A program made the position numbers and the translations under genes. This document shows, in pieces, positions 63,743 through 64,000 of a DNA stretch of 64,000 nt; position 1 is the first letter of the stretch; each line of letters begins with the position of its first letter. Location: assembly GCF_001194135.2 (NCBI RefSeq), contig NC_068996.1:13109316-13173315 (forward strand), read 5' to 3'. The notes below the pieces were generated by a model. It was given only the letters and a program-made list of their open reading frames with translations. It did not search any database and was not told the DNA's origin. Source of the stretch: Octopus bimaculoides (taxonomy: Eukaryota).

Positions 63743-64000
63743 ATCATGGACGGACGGTAGACACATCGGCTCCCATGTAAGTTGCATTTTTCACCTCTTA
63801 AAAGACCTATTTTGTTTTAAAATTTTGTATAAGTTGTGTATAACACAAAATACTTCGTGAACATATATTTTTCAAATCGGAAATAGCTCTATTTAGAGCC
63901 TTATTTCCAAAAATTCAAACATATCTTCCTCGTTCCTAGCCATATTCTTTAAAACGAATATGGCTAAGGTTTTCAACGAGGCCGACTTCCCGCTCCTAAT

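Overview
AT-rich, gap-ridden eukaryotic genomic DNA. The SINE families, dense di/tri/tetranucleotide microsatellites and N gaps suggest an octopus/cephalopod draft assembly (inference from repeat content only). No intact protein-coding gene is supported; nearly all long ORFs in the track are microsatellite or N-gap artefacts. The window is mostly decayed mobile elements: Penelope-like elements (PLEs; RT and GIY-YIG remnants at 1-750, 8.2-8.8 kb and 16.1-19.3 kb), R4/Dong-like RLE LINEs (12.7-14.9 kb and 33-36 kb), RTE and possible L2 LINE remnants, two Helitron helicase remnants, an OTU-protease remnant, mariner fragments, MITE-like fold-backs and many tRNA-type SINEs. The main signal not shown in the ORF track is a set of minimal type I hammerhead-ribozyme motifs (CUGANGA...GAAA...NUH) in PLE-type terminal repeats, repeatedly in head-to-head fold-back arrangements. 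The best case is a non-autonomous PLE-derived mini-element at 61527-62337. Its minus-strand unit starts at the predicted cleavage site, spans about 406 nt to the next hammerhead, and carries a 56-aa PLE N-terminal ORF that ends inside the ribozyme core. Two weak host-exon candidates are noted. Boundaries of decayed elements are approximate; all alignments were made by eye.
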